DNA from: Candidatus Cloacimonadales bacterium | GTDB taxonomy: Bacteria > Cloacimonadota > Cloacimonadia > Cloacimonadales > JAFGVF01 | Assembly: GCA_963677495.2 (NCBI GenBank) | Contig: CAXXOU010000002.1 | Location: 230,523 to 294,522, forward strand | DNA length: 64,000 nt | Direction of reading: 5' to 3' | In this document: piece by piece, positions 36,400 to 45,700 of the stretch | Position numbering within the stretch: position 1 is the first letter of the stretch | Layout: the number at the start of each line of letters is the position of its first letter | The notes under the pieces: generated by a model | The model's input: only the letters and a program-made list of their open reading frames with translations | Told to the model about the DNA's origin: nothing | The model's database searches: none | Position numbers and translations under genes: made by a program

Positions 36400-36415
36400 A
36401 AGCATGCGCATGCTT
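36400..36415. promoter_or_regulatory. Perfect 16-bp palindrome AAGCATGCGCATGCTT, a candidate operator about 25 nt upstream of the kinase-like gene
   Basis: Self-complementary over 16 bp. It lies just downstream of a TTGACA hexamer (36390-36395) and upstream of the GGGAG RBS and the ATG at 36440. Confidence 0.4.
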
Positions 36416-36439
36416 TTATGGTATTAATTGGGAGTAAAA

Positions 36440-37501
36440 ATGCTACATAATTTCTATAACAAACTTATAGCGGGAGATCTCACTTCTGAACATGAGTACT
36501 TACATAATAGGCTTTGTCTTAGTCAGAGGGACAAAATTGTTAATCTTGAAGTGAAGGAGACTATAAAGACAAATACTGCGAATCTGATCTTTCTTGACGT
36601 TGAGATACTAAAGCCTGAAAATGAGACGGTGCATGAAAAGCTTTTGCTAAAACATTTTAAAGCAAACGATTCTAACAGAAACTACTTAAACCATTGTATT
36701 AGAGAAATAGAGTTCTACAATCTGGAGAGGAAGACTCTTTCCTTGCCGGTTGCAACTTGCTATGATACATATGTCTCCGAAGATAAAAGTATGACTTGTC
36801 TTCTTTTAAAAGACCTATCAGCAGATTATAGTTCTGAGCTCAGATCTAAATGCCTATGTTATTGGCTAAGTGCAGCTAAGTGTTTAGCAGAGTTACATGG
36901 AAAATTCTGGAATAAGAGATATACAGCTGATGAGTTAGTGGAAGAGCAAGTATCTAAGAAAGTGCAAGAACATAGAAATAATCTTGATTCTGCTTTTAAG
37001 AAGTTCGAGAAGTATGTAAAGAATCATTTAGATCACAGATTTTTAAGTATTTACTCTGATGTGCTAACAATTTCTAATGATTTGATGAGAGAAAGACTTA
37101 GCAGATTGTCTGAAGAGGAAAACATTACATTAATACATGGAGACTCACATATCCATAACTTCTTGTTTAACAAGATTAATCATAATGCATTACTAACAGA
37201 TTTTCAGTTTTGGAACGAAGGTATAGGAGTAGCTGATTTAGCTCATTTAACAAGAGTATCATTTCCAAATGAATTTGGAGCTAAGGAGCATAAATTGATA
37301 GTCGAAACTTATCATGATTCACTATTGGAGCAAGGTGTTTCAGGTTATACATTTGAGCAATGCTGGAAGGATTACCAAAAACATGTTGCGTGCATGCTAC
37401 TAATCCCAATGTGGCAATATACTATCTTCGGACTGGAGTTTGAGAAGTGGGGAAAGGATGTTAAAACTTTGATTAAACACTATATGGATGTGCTGGTGTA
37501 A
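36440..37501 (+). CDS. Aminoglycoside/choline-kinase-like phosphotransferase (APH / EcKL-type fold)
   Basis: LIHGDSHIHNFLF (HGDxxxxN catalytic loop) and TDFQFW (DFG-like). ATG at 36440 is preferred over the track's TTG at 36428. Confidence 0.7.
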   Translation: MLHNFYNKLIAGDLTSEHEYLHNRLCLSQRDKIVNLEVKETIKTNTANLIFLDVEILKPENETVHEKLLLKHFKANDSNRNYLNHCIREIEFYNLERKTLSLPVATCYDTYVSEDKSMTCLLLKDLSADYSSELRSKCLCYWLSAAKCLAELHGKFWNKRYTADELVEEQVSKKVQEHRNNLDSAFKKFEKYVKNHLDHRFLSIYSDVLTISNDLMRERLSRLSEEENITLIHGDSHIHNFLFNKINHNALLTDFQFWNEGIGVADLAHLTRVSFPNEFGAKEHKLIVETYHDSLLEQGVSGYTFEQCWKDYQKHVACMLLIPMWQYTIFGLEFEKWGKDVKTLIKHYMDVLV

Positions 37502-37503
37502 TT

Positions 37504-38064
37504 ATGAAGCTGATTGAAATGAGTTTACCGGAGTACAATATTGAATCAAAACCTGATTATGCAAAACTTGGTAATATTGTAGATAACGTAATTGCTCAGA
37601 ACCTAGATGATGGGGAGTATATTCTTAGAGCAATAAGCTCATATGATCATGACGGTTTATCTCTTGATAACTTAGTATCAAAGATTACTGAACTCGGAAC
37701 AGATCATTATGATCCCAATCGAAAGCAAGTATGTCAAGCTGAGTTTGCTGATTATGATTTCGACATTCATGCCGGAAGACTTAAAATTGAGAATGGAAAG
37801 GTTATTGTCCCAAAAGATAACATAGTAGATTCTGAATTTGGTGATATAATATATCATTTTTATGAGCATACCTTGCTTGATAGAGGTTATCCTCTAAGAA
37901 TAGATGTTTTGATGATTTATGACTCCAAACTAGTTGTCCCAGCTACAAGAGTTCGGACAGATCTGCCTGATGTTAATCCCAACCTTAGTAATTGCCTATA
38001 TAGGTTTGTTAATCCTGACAAGAAAAGGGATGCTTTAATTGCCGTAGTGAAAATATTGAAGTAA
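37504..38064 (+). CDS. Hypothetical protein (186 aa), adjacent to the kinase-like gene (2-nt gap) and probably co-transcribed
   Basis: ORF begins 2 nt after the previous stop. No motif recognised. Confidence 0.55.
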   Translation: MKLIEMSLPEYNIESKPDYAKLGNIVDNVIAQNLDDGEYILRAISSYDHDGLSLDNLVSKITELGTDHYDPNRKQVCQAEFADYDFDIHAGRLKIENGKVIVPKDNIVDSEFGDIIYHFYEHTLLDRGYPLRIDVLMIYDSKLVVPATRVRTDLPDVNPNLSNCLYRFVNPDKKRDALIAVVKILK

Positions 38065-38091
38065 GAAATGTTAGGACAATTAGATGTGCTT

Positions 38092-38264
38092 TTTTCATCC
38101 TCAATTCTCTATCACTGCACTATCATAATTCCCAATTGAAGGTACTCTGATTCAAGGGAGTCTCTTGGGCCTCACTGGGAAAAATAGACAAGTGACTGAT
38201 TGGAAATGGACAGGATGTTCTAGGTTAAAGAACCATTATTATGATAGTGCAGTGAAGATGAAAA
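38092..38264. repeat. Phased-word hairpin element, copy 5
   Basis: Perfect 17-bp arms CACTGCACTATCATAAT (38113-38129) and ATTATGATAGTGCAGTG (38238-38254), plus outer TTTTCATC / GATGAAAA. GGG at 38156, 38167 and 38177. Core GAGTCTCTTGGGCC is shared with copies 3 and 4. Confidence 0.8.
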
Positions 38265-38327
38265 GTGTGGGTGGTTTTTATATTGACAATATGGATAGGA
38301 CAAAACTGATAAAATGAAATAACCTAA

Positions 38328-38732
38328 ATGGAGATGATAATGGAAGAACTTAACAAAGTAATGGAATCATTAACACTTGAATTTCTCGGTTCAGGTACAT
38401 ATAGAGTGTCACCGCAACAGTTCATTGCAGAAAAAGACGCAATATTTCTTGATATACGCACCAATGAAGAGATTGAAACGATTAGTTTAAACCTTAAATA
38501 CCACCAAACTGTACTAAGAATTCCTCTAAATGAGCTTCCTAAAAGGCTTGGTGAGATACCAAAGGATAAGATAGTAGGTCTGTTCTGCTCATCCGGCGTT
38601 AGAATTGCTATGGCATACCTTTATCTAAGAACTGCGGGGTTCGAGAATGTTTTGATGATTTCCGGTGGTCTTGATGCTATTATCAGTGAACTAAAACCCG
38701 GTGGAGTGCTTAAGGCAGTTCAAACTTTGTAG
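38328..38732 (+). CDS. Rhodanese-domain protein
   Basis: 134 aa. FLDIRTNEE and active-site loop CSSGVR. The start is ambiguous (38328 or 38340). Confidence 0.75.
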   Translation: MEMIMEELNKVMESLTLEFLGSGTYRVSPQQFIAEKDAIFLDIRTNEEIETISLNLKYHQTVLRIPLNELPKRLGEIPKDKIVGLFCSSGVRIAMAYLYLRTAGFENVLMISGGLDAIISELKPGGVLKAVQTL

Positions 38733-38741
38733 TCCAATTAC

Positions 38742-38925
38742 CAAGCTCGCGTCCATGCGAACTTGTGAGTACGACGCCAAGCGAAGGCTGTCAGGTTCAA
38801 CTTGAGTTAGTGGCCAATTTACGCATTTCCCCGAACTCACTATCGTTCGTAATGGTGACTGCTTCTGAATTAAGTTCGTACTGAACAATCAAGGGAGTCC
38901 GTTTTATATCGTAAACTCCCTTCTG
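38742..38925. repeat. Mosaic of dispersed repeats between convergent genes
   Basis: 38742-38790 matches the reverse complement of 62215-62275. 38822-38866 is the reverse complement of the CAGTCACCATTACGA family. 38891-38922 is a hairpin AAGGGAGTCCGT...CGTAAACTCCCTT of the GAGTCCGT family. Confidence 0.7.
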
Positions 38926-38949
38926 ACAAAATCCCTTAATTGTTTTTAA

Positions 38950-39813
38950 TCACTCTGATAATGACTTTCTGTTATTGAACCTAAAGATATAGATCGAAGT
39001 TATTATAATCAGCACTGAGCCGATTAGGCTCATAGTATCAGGAATCTCTTTCCAGATTGATAAACCAAGAATTGCAGCAAATACAATGTTAGTATAGTTA
39101 TAGATTGAGACTTCTGAAGCTTTTGCGTATTTATAGGCATAGGTTAATCCAAACTGTCCGCCTGCTGCGAAGACTCCAATTGCTATGAGAGATAAAAGCT
39201 CTAACCATGTAGGTTTAACAAATACAAAGAACATTGCAGGTAACAATGCAAGTACTGAAATCAATGAGAAGTAGAAAACAATAGTCTTAGGTTTCTCTCC
39301 CTTTGTTCCAAGATATCTTACAGTTGTGTATGCAGCACCGGCACATATTGCTGAGAGAAAACCTGATAACGAAGGTAAAACCGATAAGTCAAACTTAGGC
39401 TTTATAATCAAAAGTGCAGAGAGGAACACTACAACCAATGCCACTACCTGCTGTTTGTATATCTTCTCGCTCAAGAAAAGAAAAGCAAACAAAGTGACAA
39501 AGAATGGGGATAGCTTGTTTAGCATTGCCGAGTCAGCGAGGTAAAGGTTGTTAATAGCGTAGAAATAGAGGAATACACCTGTTAAACCTAATAATGATCG
39601 CAGGATAAGGAACTTCCGGTTCTCAGGATTCCCTTTAAAGCTACCGGATGCCTTTCTAAACATAAAGAATGTTACGATTAAACTCACAAGATTTCGGAAG
39701 AATACCTTCTCTAGCACGGGAATCCCAGGAAGAAGCTTTACAAATACCGACATCAATGCAAAGGACAATGATGACAGCAGGATAAATATTACTGAACGTG
39801 ATTTGTTTGTCAT
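38950..39813 (-). CDS. DMT-superfamily (EamA-like) transporter
   Basis: 287 aa, 10 predicted TM helices in two EamA-like halves. Confidence 0.75.
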   Translation of the reverse strand: MTNKSRSVIFILLSSLSFALMSVFVKLLPGIPVLEKVFFRNLVSLIVTFFMFRKASGSFKGNPENRKFLILRSLLGLTGVFLYFYAINNLYLADSAMLNKLSPFFVTLFAFLFLSEKIYKQQVVALVVVFLSALLIIKPKFDLSVLPSLSGFLSAICAGAAYTTVRYLGTKGEKPKTIVFYFSLISVLALLPAMFFVFVKPTWLELLSLIAIGVFAAGGQFGLTYAYKYAKASEVSIYNYTNIVFAAILGLSIWKEIPDTMSLIGSVLIIITSIYIFRFNNRKSLSE

Positions 39814-39914
39814 GGGAGTAGAGGATTGTAGGAAAGTGTTCCGGTCAACATCATTTTCATTGACACACTCATTTTAATCTTTAAAACTCTAAACATATCT
39901 CCTAAGGAGGAACC

Positions 39915-41159
39915 ATGTTAGAGAATAGATTTAAAGAATGGGGTAACAACCCCTCGAAGCTGGAAGAAGTTTTCAGAACTGATGAAAAAGCTTTTAAGAA
40001 GGATTTCTATGAGTATATAGATGGGGTGGAGGAGACAGATTTAATCCGCTATTGGAGAGCGAGACTTGAGTATAAGAAGCTCAAATCTGTTGTTAAGAAA
40101 CCGATACCTCATCAAGTAATTTCTACACTTATCATTTGTGTTATTCTATATCTGCTTACAAAGATACCGGATATTATAGGAGTTCCCGATAAATCATTCT
40201 TTTTCGAGAAGAACCTTGCTTTAATTATTATATCAGGTTTACTACTGGTTGTATTTCATAAGAACAGGTCCAAAATATTACCGGTGGCTCTTACAGGACT
40301 ATTCATGGCAGGATGTGTCGTGTATATAAACACGATTCCTGAGTTAATGACAGAAAGTGTATCGCACCTGCTTAAGCTACATCTTCCCTTCTTACTCTGG
40401 TTCGTTTGGTGCTTTAGTTATGAGGATTTTAGCCTGACTGACATTGATACAAGAAACAAGTTTATAAGGAATAATGGAAATATTGCGATAATTTCAATAG
40501 TTACATGTCTGGGACTTTTCGCCTTAGCCGGGCTCTCAATAGCACTCTTTTCACTTATTCAAATAGATATTGAGGAGTTCATGGAAGAGAATATCTTCAT
40601 GTGGATAGTAGTCTCTTCACCAATTATTGCATTTGTTATCACTGAGAACTACCCTAATATAGCCGGTAAGATAGCCACTATTATGGTAAGGGTGTTCAGT
40701 CCGATAACACTTACAACTCTTTTAATCTATTTAGCTCTACTTCCATTCTCCACTCACAATCTTTATGAAAACCGTGGTTCATTACTTGTCTTTAATCTGT
40801 CACTCTTCCTTGTACTTGCAATAATGGCATTTGGATTACTTGATACAGAAGGTTTAAAAAGCAGATTTTATAAGTATATATACTTGTTTTTGGGAATCGT
40901 AGCGTTTGTGATAAATGTTGTAGCGTTATCAGCAATCTTCTATCGTGTTAATGAATATGGCCTTTCACCCAATAGATTGGCTGTATTAGGCTCAAACTTG
41001 GTTGTCTCAGTTCATCTTGCAATGTTGATATTAGCATTACACAAGTACAAACGCAATAAATGTGAACAGGAGTTTGTTTCAAGAACAGTTGGACTTTATC
41101 TGCCGGTATACGCTATTTGGCTGATGCTGGTACTTTCTATGTTCCCAATTCTGTTTTAA
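39915..41159 (+). CDS. Hypothetical polytopic membrane protein with about 60-aa cytoplasmic N-terminal domain
   Basis: 414 aa, about 10 hydrophobic segments, strong AAGGAGG RBS. Family not recognised. Confidence 0.6.
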   Translation: MLENRFKEWGNNPSKLEEVFRTDEKAFKKDFYEYIDGVEETDLIRYWRARLEYKKLKSVVKKPIPHQVISTLIICVILYLLTKIPDIIGVPDKSFFFEKNLALIIISGLLLVVFHKNRSKILPVALTGLFMAGCVVYINTIPELMTESVSHLLKLHLPFLLWFVWCFSYEDFSLTDIDTRNKFIRNNGNIAIISIVTCLGLFALAGLSIALFSLIQIDIEEFMEENIFMWIVVSSPIIAFVITENYPNIAGKIATIMVRVFSPITLTTLLIYLALLPFSTHNLYENRGSLLVFNLSLFLVLAIMAFGLLDTEGLKSRFYKYIYLFLGIVAFVINVVALSAIFYRVNEYGLSPNRLAVLGSNLVVSVHLAMLILALHKYKRNKCEQEFVSRTVGLYLPVYAIWLMLVLSMFPILF

Positions 41160-41160
41160 T

Positions 41161-41350
41161 ATGGAGTTAACCGACTGTGTCGGTTTGTCTTGTCACACTT
41201 AGTTTCGTGGTTTATCCTAGCTGATATATGCTATTTTACATCGCTTGGCAGTTGCATTTACATAGTATATGCAGTCCAGATGAATATGGAATTAACCGAC
41301 TGTGTCGGTTTGTCTTGTCACACTTAGTTTAGCGAATCATCCGTGGTTAG
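41161..41350 (+). repeat. REP-like units (one full, one partial), same family as the RAYT array
   Basis: TATGGAGTTAACCGACTGTGTCGGTTTGTCTTGTCACAC...GTTGCATTTACATAGTATATGCAGTCC, then TATGGAATTAACCGACTGTGTCGGTTTGTCTTGTCACAC. Confidence 0.85.
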
Positions 41351-41489
41351 AAGTCAATCAAATACTAAGCATTATAAAGTTTGTTTAGGAGCAACTAAGC
41401 TTGATAACATAAAGAAAATCGCAATTAGTGTTTGACATTTCGACCTCAATGTTCATTATATATATGTAGTTGATTAATTGGAGGTGATT

Positions 41490-42590
41490 ATGCAGATTGA
41501 CATACATTATTATGCAACATATGTGATTGCTCGCGTTGCAGGAATAAAAGCAGAACATGCACAAATCATAGCTTCAGCAGCTCAGTATGTTGATGATGGA
41601 GTCACTAAGGAGTTAAGAAAAGAGTTCGAAAACGGAGCTCAGATTTCACCAATAATTACAGCTCATCATGGAGATTCAGCCAAGAATCTAGATAGGCATG
41701 ATCAGAGATATGTCTGGATTCCTTTTCATTTCTTACCCGGTGATATTGGGGATGAGCTTGAAGAGAGGCTAATATGCGTTAAAGATAGTACTATCGCATT
41801 GGAGATGGTTCACAACGCTTTAAGATGTCATTGGATGCATAATAGTGATTTTCTGATAGGAATAACTGCACATGTCTATGCTGACACTTTTGCTCATACC
41901 GGATTCTCAGGTATAAGTTCATCTTTGAATAAGGTTAAGTACTCATCTCTCCAATTGAATATGAATGATAGACAAGAACAAGAGCGAGTTGAAAATAAAA
42001 CCAAAGCTTTTATCGAAAATACAGGAAACTTTCTTGTGAGATGTTTTCGAGCTATAGGTTCAACTCTAATTGAAGCTGCATCAGGAGCATTGGGGCATGG
42101 GGCTGTATATACACTTCCGGATAAACCTTTCCTCAATTGGGCTTTTTCATATGAAGAGAGTAGAAACCCACGTCTGGATTTTAGTGTTAGAGATAATCAA
42201 ACATTATTCTTAGAAGCATTGGAAGCCCTATTCGATATGTTCAGAGAATACGTAGAACTTAAGCCCGAGATTAAAGATAACACAATAGACCTTGAATTCT
42301 GGCAGATAAGAGAACAGTTGAGGGATTGTTTAAAGGTAGAAGGAGACAAAGAAACAAGATCTGAATACTGGAAAACTATCTTTAGAGATCACAAATTTTG
42401 CCGATGTTCTGAACATGTAATTCCTGAGTATCTTGGTCATACCTGGGAAGAGGAATTACGGAACATTGATCAATCAGAGATTATTAAAAGGGATACATTA
42501 GATATTCATAAGTTTTATTCAGCTGCATATTACCATCGTTCTTATATTTTAAATCAGTTACTTCCAAATCATGACATCATCGTTACATAA
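41490..42590 (+). CDS. Hypothetical His-rich protein (possible metal-dependent hydrolase fold)
   Basis: Starts MQIDIHYYATYVIARVAGI...AAQYVDD, later HVYADTFAHTGFSG. ATG at 41490 (GGAGG RBS) is preferred over the track's TTG at 41478. Family not confidently recognised. Confidence 0.55.
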   Translation: MQIDIHYYATYVIARVAGIKAEHAQIIASAAQYVDDGVTKELRKEFENGAQISPIITAHHGDSAKNLDRHDQRYVWIPFHFLPGDIGDELEERLICVKDSTIALEMVHNALRCHWMHNSDFLIGITAHVYADTFAHTGFSGISSSLNKVKYSSLQLNMNDRQEQERVENKTKAFIENTGNFLVRCFRAIGSTLIEAASGALGHGAVYTLPDKPFLNWAFSYEESRNPRLDFSVRDNQTLFLEALEALFDMFREYVELKPEIKDNTIDLEFWQIREQLRDCLKVEGDKETRSEYWKTIFRDHKFCRCSEHVIPEYLGHTWEEELRNIDQSEIIKRDTLDIHKFYSAAYYHRSYILNQLLPNHDIIVT

Positions 42591-42754
42591 GGTCTAACAA
42601 ATACATATAGTCTGAATACACATTAAAGCTTAACGTATAAACATAATATCTGTACGAATCTGTTATTGGAACGAATCTTTCATATTACAAATACGGTTAG
42701 TCTAATTGAGAAAATTGTTAATTGTAATTTACAGTTCTAGGAAGAGGTATTGAT

Positions 42755-45700
42755 ATGCGTTGCAAATTACTGTTTCTTTATTTATTATTTATTGTTTGTG
42801 TAACTCCCTTAATCTCAATTAACAACATAACTCGTGATCCAAATAGAGCCTTTGAGATTACAGAATCAAATCCAACTGGTATTATAGTCAAATTCACATT
42901 GCCAGAGTTTCAAGTAGAGGGTAGTATTGTAGATGGGAATGAGAAGGTCAGAATCCTTTCTGAATCAGATAATAGGGTTTCTCTGGCCAGTGGTATTGAC
43001 GTACCATATTATTCTACAACACTTGCCATCCCAAATACTGGAAAAGTATCATTGGAAGTACTAGAAGAGAGGACTGAGACTATTAAACTCACGTCCTTTG
43101 GTTCTAAGCATCTTGATAGAAACTCTGAAGAACTTCCAGTTATTACAGAAGAGTTAGAAACTGTTAATCTCTCAACTCCTGCAATCATGAGAGACTTAAG
43201 AGTTGTAACTCTTTCAGTATCTCCTTTCAACTATGATAAGCAGACAAAAAATCTTAGTACTGTGAACGAAGTTACGTACAAAATCAGTATCCTACCGGAA
43301 AGAGGTGAGAATGAGTTGGAGTTAGGAAATAAAAAGCTTTCTGCTTCTTTCTTACCTCTTTACCAAAATGTAGTGGATAACTTTAATGAGGTAGTTGGTA
43401 GACATGAGATTGACTACGAGAAGAGACTATTAATTCTCTATGCTGATTCAGACAATCAACAATACTTGGATAAACTAGATGAGCTTATTCAGTGGAAGCG
43501 TCAGAAGGGATTTATTGTTTCAGGTATTGAAGTAGCAGGCTTAGGTCTTTCTGAGATAAAAACCATTATACAGAATCACTATAATAATGAGAATACAAGA
43601 CCTGATTATGTCATGCTAATTGGTAATCCAATGGGAGCTTATGATATAACATGTTACAATTATAATTCTGGAGCATCTGACTATGAGTATTCCTGTTTGG
43701 ATGGAAACGATAGTTTAGGTGATGTAATTATCGGTAGAGTTCCAATGGATAGTGTTGTGGGTTTTCTAACAATGACAGAGAAGATTTTCGCTGTGGAAAG
43801 GAACCTTGATAGGAGTAATGCCGTTTGGTTGAATCATATAATTCTTGATGCATTAACCCAATATTGTGGTAAATCGGTTCTATATGTGAATTATTACGTT
43901 AAGCTAATTGCAGGCTTAGCGAACAATGAATATAGCTTTTCTGAAATATATGATAACCAACTCCCTCCTGAAGAAATATTTAATCAAGGTTCGATGTTAT
44001 ATCACTTCAGGGGGGGTAATTACAATTGGATTGAGAATGCAACTTTTTCGAACGCAAACAAATTACCTCATTGTATAATGATTTCAAGTAACTCCGGAAA
44101 CTTCAACACAATGTGCCCAACTAAAACAGTTGTAAACTATGGTACTCCTGATTCTTTAGGAGGTGCTTTAACAGCTATTGGACTATCATCTTCACCATCT
44201 CATACAATATATCGAAATATCTATAGTGCTAACGTTGCTGAGGGTGTTTTTGTGAACGGTCTTCGGGATATGGGCTCAGCTTTACTCTATTCTAAATGGC
44301 AATCAACACAATTGTTACCTACCTATACTCCTGATTACATTAGTCTTAATCATCAATGCAACCTTTTAGGTGATCCAACTGCAGAAGTATTTATTGGTAT
44401 ACCCTCTGAATTGCAGCTCTCATGTCGTGAATCAATTACTATTAACGAAAACCAATATGCAGTCTTAGTTACAGATGCAAATGGAGTTGGTGTTGAAGAT
44501 GTTTGTGTTACACTCGTAAATGATTCGTTACAAGAGATAGCGTTTACAGATATCACCGGAAGGGCAATGGTCGATGTACCTGTTGGCTCAGCAATTGCTG
44601 ATAGTTTGATAGTCACAGCGAGTAAGCAAGACTTTGTCCCTACAGTACAGTATCTCCAAATTCAGGCTGAAGGCCAAGTCTCTATAACTCAAGCGATATT
44701 TTTTGATGATAGCGGGAATAATGATAATGTCCCAGATGCCGGAGAAGTACTGGAACTTAGTGTTGAGTTGCAGAATAACACTGACATTATGCTAAATCAG
44801 CTCAATCTTTCTCTTACTACTCAGGATCCGTACATAACAATTATCAATAATCAAGCGACTATTCCCTGCATTCCTGAATCGGGAACCGCAAGTATTAATA
44901 CACCATTTACACTGAGCACAGATCCTAATACTCCAGATGGGCATACAGCAGAGCTGTTAGTTCACTGCAATGATTCAGTCTATCCTGTAATTTTAACAGT
45001 GCACAATGCTATGGTTTGTGTAAGTGAATGTATTTTGATTAACAGTGATCAATATTTGTCTCCTGAGCAGGAGGTAAGTCTTAGTCTAACCATCCTTAAT
45101 TCAGGCTCTTCTCGGGCTGAAGATATTTATGTTTGTCTATCTTCTGAATCTAATCTGGTTAGCTTTAGTGATTCAGAAGCATTTATTGGAGATATTTTAC
45201 CTCAACAAGCAGTTACTAATTTAACTGATACTCTAATGATTGTTACATCTGAAAATTATCTAACAGAATCTGCAAGAACAATATATGCTACTTTTAGTAA
45301 CAACTCAGGTTTCTTACAAACTTGTCATTTCACCCTTGAAGGAGAACCTGAGAACGCAAATACTCCAACCGGACCTGATGCATTTGGTCATTATATCTAT
45401 CATAATAATGATTCTGAACATTTTGATACTCCAATCTATGAATGGATAGAAATTGCTGTACCGGAGGGTGGAAATGGTTCTCAGTTCTATTTTGCTGACC
45501 ACACACACGATGCAGATAACACAGACCAGTTGTATAGTATCACAATTGATGAAGTTGATTTACCTTTCAACTTTACGTTCTATGGGCAGATATATGATAA
45601 AGCTTACGTTTGTTCAAACGGATTCATTACATTTAACGAAACTCAGTTTGGTGCATCCAGGAACTATGAGATACCCGGTGCTATGTCCCCTAACCCTGTG

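Noticed and set aside
44010-44016. G7 homopolymer at the lost catalytic His of paralogue 1 as evidence of a frameshift artefact
   Set aside because: The frame remains open for 1620 codons and flanking residues align on both sides, so at most a compensated local error is possible. The separate Cys to Ser change supports real divergence. It is flagged for read-level checking rather than called an error.
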